DNA of 64,000 nucleotides from Tetramitus jugosus (lineage: Eukaryota > Protista > Heterolobosea). The first letter of the stretch is position 1. Each line of letters begins with the position of its first letter. Position numbers and translations under genes: made by a program. Location of the stretch: NCBI GenBank assembly GCA_937625935.1, contig OW569358.1, positions 124,001-188,000 on the forward strand, in the 5' to 3' direction. The notes beneath the pieces are model-generated. The model worked only from the letters and a program-made list of their open reading frames with translations, was not told the DNA's origin and did no database searches. Below are positions 1 to 9,029 of the stretch, in pieces.

Positions 1-1856
1 CAATCAATCAGCTGTTGTGGAGTTACCGAAGTCATTTCTCAGGTCGGTGCTAGATGTAGTAGAAGATGTAGATAAAGGAGTTACATTGGATCAGATTGAT
101 ACTCTGTTGCATTCGATATTGGTGGAGCTGTTAGCAAAGGAATCTCATTGCTTCTCTGACTTGGAGAAGATATTATTTATTCGATACTCATTGAGTCAAA
201 AGTCAATCCGAGCTCACGATAAACATTTGTTTGTAATACGCGAGAAAGAGATGGATTTGGCGAAGAGTGAACTCATCGATCAAGAGAGAAGAATCGTAGA
301 GTTAGCAGAGGTATGTTGTGTGAATGTTATACAAATAATCAAACCAAAATCAATACTAAACTTGAAGCACAATAATACAGTTACTAACGGTGAAGGAGAA
401 AGAAACTCAGTTATGCCTGGACGAGAAAGCGGAGTTAAATCTCCAGATCCAGCAATTGAAAGAAAAGGTATCAGATCTTGGAGCTCAATCCAACTCACTA
501 TTAGGACAACTTTCTGAGGAGAAGGATAGATATTCGTCATTAGAGAGTGAGTTCAATTTATACAAGACCACCGCTGAGAGGAACGTTAAAAGATATGAAG
601 ATCAAATTCAGGATAAGGAAAAGGAGATCGAAGATCTGAATCGAAAGATATCGTCGATGCATAAGAGCGATAGTGATAAAAGTACAGCAAGGCTGAAGAA
701 CACCATAAACGAGATGAGAAAGAGGGAAGATGATATCTTACTGAATCTAGAGAAGAAGCGCATGGAAGACAGGAAATGGTATGGAAATCAGATTATGATA
801 CTGGAGACAGATAGAGATATGTACTACAATCAATGTTGTACTCTTCAGGATGAATTAGCGGGCATACATCAGGAATATGAACGTTGTTTGAAGGACAAAG
901 ACGAAGCAATTGATGAGATGAGAAAGAAATTAGAAGAGGTCGTGAGCTCTGTTAAGAGCAGAGAACAGAATTCGGAAGCAAAGAAAAATAAGAGTTCAGA
1001 TAGTGTTGACAAGGTTGAGAAGCGAGATAGAGATATTAAGGAGCTTCAGGAGGAGCTACTTGCTATTGAAGTGAGAGATGACTCCGCATGGAAACAACTT
1101 ACAGATTTGTTAACTGCAATGCAAAAGAAAATGGAGGAAGCAAAGAATATATCTGTGTTAAGTCGGCAGATTTTGTTCAATGACACCACTGGGAGTCCAG
1201 ATAAAGCTAGTCGAAGTATGGATAGACGGGTGTTATTCTCTCCGAAGTTAACTGACTTGGATCTTCTGAATGCGTCGAATGCAAGTCAGGAAGAAAATGA
1301 TGATCAAAATCCTCTCGAAATTAGGCATCAACTATCACCAATTGTCTTATCTAATCATGGCGAGTCAGCTCTTTTGTCTCCAATGTCTCGTTTAGTGGAC
1401 AAAGAGTACAATAGTAAATACAACCAAGTTGTACAGGATCTGGAAACCAAATTGGAAGAGCTCCAGTCCGAAAACCAATTACTTCGATCAAAGCTCGATG
1501 TCTTGAATGATGAATTGCTCGAGAGAACAGAGAAACTCCACATCCTCGAAGAAGAACACCTTCAAGCATCTCAAGCCTCTTCCAATGCCTCACACGAAGA
1601 GGAGGACTCAAAAACTCACAAGGATTCTTACATGAGGATCAAACGAAGAGAATACGAAGCTCTCCTCTGTGAAAGTAGAGAACTTCAGGAGAGATACCAC
1701 CAAAAGTTCTCTCGCTACAAGAAAGAGATTGGATCACTCCAGGCACAGCTCGACAGCTTTGCTCGAGAACGCAGCAGCTACGAAAGACGGTTGGCGAGTC
1801 TCCTCGATGAAAAGCAAGAAACTGATCTCAAACTCTACATGGTTCGCAATCAATAG
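1..1856 (+). CDS. Long coiled-coil protein, 5'-partial (exons <1-310 and 381-1856)
   Basis: ORFs 17..517 and 390..1856 join in frame across a GTATGT...ATACAG intron (311-380); E/K/L-rich heptad composition. Confidence 0.7.
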
Positions 1857-1967
1857 GCACAAAGACACACAAAGGATAACACGTGTCCAAAAACTGTTTC
1901 AGTAAAAAAAGATGGTGGTCATGATCTCCAAAAAACCAAAGCACACTTCACATCACCACCACTCGGC

Positions 1968-3680
1968 ATGTCACACCAAAAGAAGAGCAATAACAATAAA
2001 CCAAAAGTAAAAACCACTTTTTCAATGAGATTTGTGTTGCTAACCAGTTCGATCGTCCTATTGGTCTCCATTCTCACTTGGTGGTGGCTGTTCAATCACA
2101 CTGATGTGATCACCACACAGTTCAGACAGACAAATGAGCATGAGGATGATCCCTTTCCCATTACCTTTCGCATCAAACAAGCCATCAAAAATGATTTATT
2201 GCGGTATTCATTGTTGCAAGAGCAGCGAGAGCAAAATGATAAGCTCACTGTAGCGATTGGCTACAATTCCAATGTAGATTTGGTTGTCAAGGCCATTCCT
2301 GTTTTGAATCAATTGTTGTTGATGACAACTAATATTACTACATTGGAGACAAGTGATGAGTTGTTGTTGAATGCACCATCATCATTAGATGAAGAGTCAT
2401 ACTGCAATGCCTTGTTTTCCGTGCAGCAATTTGTTCATTGTTTTGTACGGTTCTTCAGAGAGGGCAGTGGAGTAGAGCGATTCGTGTTGAATGAAACCAT
2501 GTTCGAACAAGTTATTTCGACCTCTGTTTTGCAAGAGGACAATGAGTTTCATATCGGTGGTAATGCAGCACTCATGGCAGTCAAGTTTGCAAAGGAACAA
2601 TGGAAAAGAGTGTTTTTGACTGGTGGCACGATTGGTGATCGATTGAGACAATTGTTGGCACAGTACTCGAACAAGATTCAATTCGTGACACATGAGAGCC
2701 TTAACAGTAAACAAGAGCACTCTGGCGAGAAGAAGGACGAGATTCATTTAATTATGGAGTATGATAAGAATGAGGAGTTTGCTGGATATTTTGCACCGAG
2801 AGCGAATCGGTTTATTGTGACTCGTGATATCAGTAATGCAGAGTTTTATTCTCTCGATCAATTCCATCGAGTCATTGATCAGAATATTAGAGATATTGAC
2901 TTGGTTGTGCTGAGTGGATTTCATTTGTTAGACGGAGAGACGAATACTACGAGACGAGAGCACATGATGCAAAGAATTTCAGAAAAGATAGCCAAAACCT
3001 TTCACATCAAAGAACACAAGAAGAAACATTTCATGATGCATCTAGAGCTCGCATCCATAGGACAAGAGAAGATTTATAATGAGATTGGAAAGTACATATT
3101 CCCCTATATTCATTCAATCGGTTTGAACGAGCAAGAGTTGAGCTCATTGTATAGGGCTACTCATAGTTCTTTACCAAAATTGAAATCAATTGCCCAGGTC
3201 ATACCCAATATCGCACAAGTAACCATTGCACTGTCCCATGTCATGAAAACATTCGGTAGCATTGAACGAATTCACTTCCACAGCTTGGCTTATCACTTAT
3301 TGGTTGTGCGTCAAAACAACAGCAACACTGCCGCTAATCTTGCCGCTGTTTCTTCTAGCTCTCTGGCTGCTTGCTCCCAGGCATGTGGATTCGACGATCC
3401 AAATGATATTGAACCAGAAAAAGTTGATATATTGTTCCACTGGGAGGAACAACAACCAATCATTCAAAAGTTTTCTCATTTATTCTCTCGCGTACAGTTC
3501 TATGGAGCCAAAGAGCCATCCATGGTACAATGGACCAATGACGGATTCGAATTCTTCTTGGCACCTGTACTCGTGTGCAAGAAGACCATCAAAACTGTAG
3601 GACTGGGTGATGCAATATCGACAGCAGGACTCAGTGCGCAATTGAAAGTGGAACAGCATAGGAGATCACTCATTCATTGA
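1968..3680 (+). CDS. ADPGK: ADP-dependent glucokinase with N-terminal membrane anchor
   Basis: Motifs VAIGYNSNVDL, IGGNAALMA, PRANRFI, HLELAS, GLNEQEL, RIHFHSL, KTVGLGDAIS; hydrophobic N-terminal helix. Confidence 0.92.
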   Translation: MSHQKKSNNNKPKVKTTFSMRFVLLTSSIVLLVSILTWWWLFNHTDVITTQFRQTNEHEDDPFPITFRIKQAIKNDLLRYSLLQEQREQNDKLTVAIGYNSNVDLVVKAIPVLNQLLLMTTNITTLETSDELLLNAPSSLDEESYCNALFSVQQFVHCFVRFFREGSGVERFVLNETMFEQVISTSVLQEDNEFHIGGNAALMAVKFAKEQWKRVFLTGGTIGDRLRQLLAQYSNKIQFVTHESLNSKQEHSGEKKDEIHLIMEYDKNEEFAGYFAPRANRFIVTRDISNAEFYSLDQFHRVIDQNIRDIDLVVLSGFHLLDGETNTTRREHMMQRISEKIAKTFHIKEHKKKHFMMHLELASIGQEKIYNEIGKYIFPYIHSIGLNEQELSSLYRATHSSLPKLKSIAQVIPNIAQVTIALSHVMKTFGSIERIHFHSLAYHLLVVRQNNSNTAANLAAVSSSSLAACSQACGFDDPNDIEPEKVDILFHWEEQQPIIQKFSHLFSRVQFYGAKEPSMVQWTNDGFEFFLAPVLVCKKTIKTVGLGDAISTAGLSAQLKVEQHRRSLIH

Positions 3681-3779
3681 TAAATGGATGGATGGAGGAT
3701 AGTAATGGACTGTGTTGTGCCATCCTTCATGGAGTGATTTTCAATGTCAAGGATCAAATGAGTATGTTGTTGTAAAACT

Positions 3780-4586
3780 TTATTGTTTTTCCTTTACTTT
3801 ATTTGAACGGTCACTTTTGTCATTGTTCGCTGCGGCACTGACGGGAGACACTGTGGACGACCTTCTTGCACTCATGAGTGTTTCACTTGCCTGTTGGTGT
3901 GGTTGAGGTTGGGGCTGATTCATTTGACTCGTGGACAATAGTTGTTGCAGTTGGTGCAAGTGTGTCAATGTGGTTGTGCTGCTTCTCCGCCGACCGAGTC
4001 CAGCAGGCAACGATACTCTCCTGGATAAAACGCAGGTGGATGATGAGGCAGTTGGGAACTGTGTGGATGAAGATGAAGCAGGTGACAGTGATGCAGTAAT
4101 ATGATCAAAGAGTCCAAAGTTTGTTGAACTTGGCTGTGGGGTCATGGGTGTGTGTGGCGTTCTTGGTGTGCGAGGGCTCAGTTGTACCATGAGCTCGTTG
4201 GCTGCTCCCATCTTCCATTTCATTTGTCTGTTGGCTTCATCCAGGTCAACAACCACATCTGCTTCTTCTTGAATTTTTGTTTCCTCGGTTGAGATTGATT
4301 TAGTGGATCGGTGATGATTCTGTTGGTTGAATTGAACTTGAGGACCTTCTATGATTTTGGATGATGTTATCACAGTGGTGTTGTTGGTTGTTGTGGTTGC
4401 AGAGTTAATACATGTTAATTCCCTCGGAATGGATATGGGCGGTGTATTGCCTCTCATTTTCCAGGTTGACTCCGCGTCAACCGGTTTGTCCTGTGGTTGT
4501 TTATCGCGAAGGTTCTTAGTGGTTGGATTGAACAACAGGACTGGTTGATGGTGTCTGGTTTGGTAATTCTTAGTTGTTTCTACCAT
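3780..4586 (-). CDS. Hypothetical S/T/P/Q-rich low-complexity protein
   Basis: Open frame of about 270 aa with host-like low-complexity composition; no recognisable domain. Confidence 0.55.
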   Translation of the reverse strand: MVETTKNYQTRHHQPVLLFNPTTKNLRDKQPQDKPVDAESTWKMRGNTPPISIPRELTCINSATTTTNNTTVITSSKIIEGPQVQFNQQNHHRSTKSISTEETKIQEEADVVVDLDEANRQMKWKMGAANELMVQLSPRTPRTPHTPMTPQPSSTNFGLFDHITASLSPASSSSTQFPTASSSTCVLSRRVSLPAGLGRRRSSTTTLTHLHQLQQLLSTSQMNQPQPQPHQQASETLMSARRSSTVSPVSAAANNDKSDRSNKVKEKQ

Positions 4587-4719
4587 TATGTTATTGTTCC
4601 AGAATATGCGCACTTGATTTGAGTTTGTATCAGCAAATCCTTTTTGAATGACGGTGGAGTGAATAGTTGACCTGGATGGAATGTGAATGAGAATTGTTTT
4701 CCGTTAATTGGAAAAGTCC

Positions 4720-5028
4720 TCAAACACTCGCTGACCAAACGATCAATTGTGGTCCCACAGCCAAGTTCAACCATGCCCAACGAGTCACCTGACAAAATTC
4801 TTGAATCTTGTTGTATTACCAAAAATGCTCTGGCTAGATCTATTTTGGTTGTATTTTTCCGACTAGCAGTTTTTTGCGGTCACTTATGCGACTGTGCAGA
4901 ACAAAGCTACCTTTCCTATTGATGACTTGGACTCGGTTGAGCCAGTCACCAAAACCTCTCCTTTTTCTTGCCAAAGACGACGGAGAGACACCATGACCGC
5001 GAGCAGTAACTACTAAATTTTTCTAGGA
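4720..5028 (-). mobile_element. Degenerate relic of the retroelement ORF1 (insertion D, most decayed)
   Basis: 4911-5010 aligns with 6920-7020. Translates KNLVVTARGHGVSPSSLARKRRGFGDWLNRVQVINRKG vs REVVITGNGNGVSQSSLARKIGEEFGDWLNRVQVIKRKG in ORF1. Similarity fades toward about 4720; no tail seen. Confidence 0.85.
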
Positions 5029-5044
5029 TTTTCAGGTTCGGTTG

Positions 5045-5434
5045 TTTTTTTTTTTTTTTGATACAACGCGCAGTTACTCTTTATTGCTCTGTCTTACTTT
5101 CTTTTAGTTGCCAGATGGTCCTTGTGACGCTCGAAGAGCGTCTCCTCTTTCTTGTTAGTAACGCTCGTAGAGCGTTACTACTGTTTGCAGTCCTTTGATT
5201 GCTGGTAGAGTCTGTGCAGCACTGTGATGCAGCGACTCCAGCACACAAAACCACGGGCCTTTCGCTGCGCCACTTCTTGTTTCATCCCATTTTTCGTCAG
5301 TGCATCCATCACCTGGTCGACAGCTTCGTTTTCTAATCCCATCATTCCCATGAGGTACTCCTTGCTCGACTTCCTCGGCATGGGCCACATGAATCCGTTT
5401 CTGAACAGCACTTTGTCAAACCGTAATGTGATGG
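5045..5434 (-). mobile_element. Short poly(A)-tailed non-LTR retroelement copy (insertion C), probable ORF2 C-terminus plus 3' UTR
   Basis: T15 at 5045-5059, ATACAAC 5061-5067, TTTATT 5080-5085, hairpins 5126-5142 and 5156-5180; ORF 5178-5411 homologous to 5542-5805. Confidence 0.85.
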
Positions 5435-5820
5435 TTTTTTTTTTTTTTTTTTTTTAATACAACTATTGCAGTTGCGCTTTTTATTGTCTTTCGTTTGCAT
5501 TAGCCAACGCTCGTAGAGCGTTGGCCCTGGTTATCTGTACATTATTTCCCAATGATGCTCGTAGAGCGACATTGCTTCTGTTTCTCCTTGGTTGACGTGA
5601 ACAGTTGATGGAGGGTCGTAAGACACCTCCGCTTCACACTGTTCACAAATGTTTTTGCTTTCTTGGCAGCCATTGACTTCTTCATTCCGTTAAGTACCAA
5701 GCCATCTTTCTGTTCGTTGGCATCTACTTCGATACCCATCATTCCTTGCAGGTATTCTTTGCTGGTTTTTCTTATCGGTCTTCGCGACAATTTTCCTTCC
5801 ATCAACCGCTTGTGATGGGG
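5435..5820 (-). mobile_element. Short poly(A)-tailed non-LTR retroelement copy (insertion B), diverged relative of C
   Basis: T21 at 5435-5455, ATACAAC 5457-5463, TTTATT 5480-5485, hairpins 5503-5525 and 5551-5573; peptide RKTSKEYLQGMMG..NGMK..KAKTFV..RCLTTLHQL. Confidence 0.85.
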
Positions 5821-5833
5821 TTTTCAGGTTCGC

Positions 5834-5835
<2 letters not shown>

Positions 5836-5864
<29 letters not shown>

Positions 5865-7152
5865 GTTCCATACAACCAAGTGTGCGCAAGCACACGATTG
5901 CTCATTTATTGACTTGTTTTGTGAGTGACCCGTAGGGCGTCGCTCACTCTTCTTCTCTTGTTGTCCCCGACGGTGCACCTACAGGTTGGAAGAATCACTC
6001 AGGTGAGTGTTTTGATTGATGCCCTTCATCAAAGAGCGTAACCTTGTAGTAGGACCGCCGATGGACACAGAGCCATCTGTTGTTGTTTTCTTGTTTTGGG
6101 CCTTGTTGCTCCTCAGATCACCCAGTGTGATCCTAGCACTCCTCTTCTTGTTGTCATTGAGTTGTGGACTTTGAATCTCCTTTTCGGAGTCGTCGTCCAC
6201 ATCCACAATGACTGGTTCGTCCTCAGTCAAACCATACCTTTTGCGTGCACTGGCCAGTGCCAATGCAGCAATTTCCTTCTTCGCTCTAGCAAACACTGGA
6301 GAAGTGGCATTCACTTGCTCCAGGATTTGCTGATTTTCAGCGCTGAGCTGTGCAACAGGCACTGTTGGCAGTGGTGTTGCACTCCTTTGTTCTTCTGTCT
6401 CCATCAGACCAGGAGCAGTTCTTTGTGCAACTTCTTGTTCCGGTATCGGAACCGGTTTGTTGCCCTCTTGGCCCTTTGTCTTTGCCAATTCCTTGGTGAG
6501 TTCTGTGACCTGTCGACGCAGTGCGTCAACCACCGTCAGCAGCTCCTCGTACATCTTTGTCAACCTCTTGTTGACGGCCTTGAGAGGATCATGTGGCCTC
6601 TCGACGTATCGAGTGACCGTGGCCTTTACCTTGTTCTCTCCGGTGAGCACTGCTTGTGCATAGGTTTCATCACCCATGACCACGAAAGCAGTGTCACGCT
6701 TCTTGAGCACACTGGCGACCTTTTCAGGTCCCAGTAGCTTCTTGATGTCGTCCACTGACATGTTCTTCATGCCATGGACGACCACCTTTCTTGTGCAATC
6801 AACACTGCGCTTGGGTGCAGCAGTGCTATTGCCAATCCTCCTTTGCTTGTTGAACAAATCAACAAAGTCATAGATGCGGTCACCCTTGACCGTCACCCAT
6901 GCAACAAAGCGTTGCTGGCCTTTCCTTTTGATGACTTGGACTCGGTTGAGCCAGTCACCAAACTCCTCTCCAATCTTTCTTGCCAAAGATGACTGAGAGA
7001 CGCCATTACCGTTGCCAGTAATGACGACCTCTCTGTCACTTGGCCTCGTGCCTTTCCGTGCAGTGGTCCACACTGCATAACGGCTGTTGCCGTATTCCTT
7101 CACCAAATTTGTTGAATCACCAGACATGTGATTCCGTTTTTTCTGCGTTTTT
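5836..7152 (-). mobile_element. ORF1-only non-LTR retroelement (insertion A) with 15-bp target-site duplication
   Basis: T29 tail 5836-5864; perfect TSD TTTTCAGGTTCGCAG at 5821-5835 and 7153-7167; AATAAA on minus strand (5905-5910); 3' hairpins; single intact ORF. Confidence 0.9.
5979..7127 (-). CDS. Retroelement ORF1p-like protein (two RRM-like domains, coiled coil, disordered basic tail)
   Basis: 382-aa intronless ORF. REVVITGNG...VQVI...FVAWVTV and RKVVVHGMKNMSVDDIKKLLG...AFVVMGDE fit an RRM pattern; heptads LLTVVDALRRQVTELTKEL. Confidence 0.75.
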   Translation of the reverse strand: MSGDSTNLVKEYGNSRYAVWTTARKGTRPSDREVVITGNGNGVSQSSLARKIGEEFGDWLNRVQVIKRKGQQRFVAWVTVKGDRIYDFVDLFNKQRRIGNSTAAPKRSVDCTRKVVVHGMKNMSVDDIKKLLGPEKVASVLKKRDTAFVVMGDETYAQAVLTGENKVKATVTRYVERPHDPLKAVNKRLTKMYEELLTVVDALRRQVTELTKELAKTKGQEGNKPVPIPEQEVAQRTAPGLMETEEQRSATPLPTVPVAQLSAENQQILEQVNATSPVFARAKKEIAALALASARKRYGLTEDEPVIVDVDDDSEKEIQSPQLNDNKKRSARITLGDLRSNKAQNKKTTTDGSVSIGGPTTRLRSLMKGINQNTHLSDSSNL

Positions 7153-7195
7153 TTTTCAGGTTCGCAGTAATAATATGGTTTTTCTTGATATCCAA

Positions 7196-7268
7196 GCCCG
7201 TCTAGCTCAGTCGGTAGAGCGCAAGGCTCTTAACCTTGTGGTCGAGGGTTCGAGCCCCTCGGTGGGCG
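7196..7268 (+). tRNA. tRNA-Lys(CTT)
   Basis: 73-nt cloverleaf: acceptor GCCCGTC/GGTGGGC, D arm GCTC/GAGC, anticodon arm CAAGG-CTCTTAA-CCTTG, T arm GAGGG-TTCGAGC-CCCTC; TTTT at 7275-7278. Confidence 0.98.
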
Positions 7269-7324
7269 ATGTACTTTTGGCTTTTCCGTTTACGGCTGGC
7301 TCTCGTGTCTGCAAGTTCCAAACA

Positions 7325-8994
7325 ATGAATGAAGAAGACCTTTCTTCTCCTCTGTCGCGTCAACGAGCTTACTCCACATCAGTCATCCCAAATGTAAAGA
7401 AAAGAGGATCCTCTTCAAAGGTCATCCCTTCAGTTGACGAAATGGCCTCACACAATTCATTAGAGCTGGATACTACTGTTTCTCAATCCATGAGCAGTTC
7501 TTTTTGCAATCAGATCCCGATTGTCAATCCTGAATCTCCCCAAGCAGATCGAGTTGAAGAACTTCTTGATGATGATACGGATGACGAAGACACAAGCATT
7601 AACCGTCTCGGTGTAACACTTTTCAAAGGAAACAAGAGTTTTTATTTAATGAAATGCGTTCAAATGGGTATCCGGTATGTCGTAGGTGGTGTTGAATCCA
7701 AACCTCAAGTCAAGGTGTTAATAGAAAGTGATTTCAAGAAGAGAATCAAGTTAGATTTTCCATCGTAAGTATCCTTTAGAGCTCAAAGGCAATGTTAACA
7801 TCCAATTAACACAACATCGACTAGCAATGGTTCCGACAAAACACCAGCTCATGACTTTACAAATTTTCAATTCAAAGATTATGCCCCATTAATCTTCAGG
7901 AGCATAAGAGAAACAAGTGGTATTGATCCCAGTGAATACATGATATCTCTATGCGGTTCTGATTCTCTCTCGATGCTTGGAACTCCCGGAAAGAGTGGAG
8001 CACTCTTTTTCTTCTCTCGGAACATGAAGTTCATCATCAAGACGGTCACGAAAAAGGAAGCTCAATTTCTCAAGTATTTGCTTCCTAATTATCATTCAGT
8101 AAGTGTTTCACAAAAATGTTCTTTTGACAAGAAATCTACTGACTCATAAATCCCTCATACTGATCTGATAGCACATTCGTGGTAACCCTGATTCCCTAAT
8201 CACTAAATTCTTCGGCTTACACAAGATCAAGCCGTCAGGGGGCAGGGTCGTACGTTTTATCGTGATGAACAATGTATTCATGACATATCTTAAAATTCAT
8301 GAAAGGTACGACTTGAAGGGCTCAACCATCGACAGAGCTGCGACAGAAAAAGAGAAACAGAAACCAAACCCAATATTGAAAGATTTGGATATCAAAACAG
8401 CTGTGTATATAGGAAAAGAAAAGACAGAAAAGGTACGAGCTCAAATCGCATTAGACTGTGCGTTTTTAGAAGAGAATAATATTATGGATTATAGTTTGCT
8501 TCTGGGAGTTCACAACACTGTGACAGATGAAGATGCCACGGAAGTGAGCTCGGATTCGTCTGCATCAATCAGCACTGAAGACTTTCGGAGGAGAAGGTAC
8601 TCTCTCCCATTAGCACTCCCGAACTATGAACTCTCTTCGAGATCGAAAAGATGGTTGGAAAGGAGAAAAAGAAAACAGTATGTTCTATGAAAACATATGT
8701 TTCTCGACAGAAATTTCAATTCAACTAACCAAGAACTCTGAGTTCAGTCAAATTGATGGTATTAATCTCTTTCAGCAAGATTTTGGTGGTTGTCTGTCAT
8801 TCGAGCCAGAATCTAACAAAGTATACTTCTTTGGAATTATCGATATTCTTCAGAAGTGGAACACAAGGAAACAGATGGAGAGATTCTTCAAGTCATTCAA
8901 GTACGAGAAGACGGATATATCTGTCGCTCATCCACAGCAGTACGCAAAGAGATTTATGGTTTTTATGGACAATTTGTTTCGTTATGAACAATAA
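7325..8994 (+). CDS. Phosphatidylinositol phosphate kinase (PIP5K family), spliced
   Basis: [65 protein letters not shown]; GT-AG introns near 7765-7824, 8099-8171, 8678-8747. Confidence 0.92.
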
Positions 8995-9029
8995 CGAACG
9001 ATATTATTATCATAAATGCTAATTTATTC

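Noticed and set aside
5029-5950. CRISPR-like or terminator array (recurring palindromes and T-runs about 400 bp apart)
   Set aside because: Units are about 390 bp with poly(A) tails, AATAAA and TSDs in a eukaryotic context, with no cas genes; stacked retro-insertions explain them.
6096-6737. 213-aa plus-strand ORF and similar antisense ORFs (35385-36029, 48690-49286, 49270-49974)
   Set aside because: Shadows of real genes on the opposite strand or in another frame; no motifs.
7040-7324. N-terminal extension of ORF 7040..7768
   Set aside because: It runs through the retroelement end and the tRNA; the real PIP5K start is the ATG at 7325.
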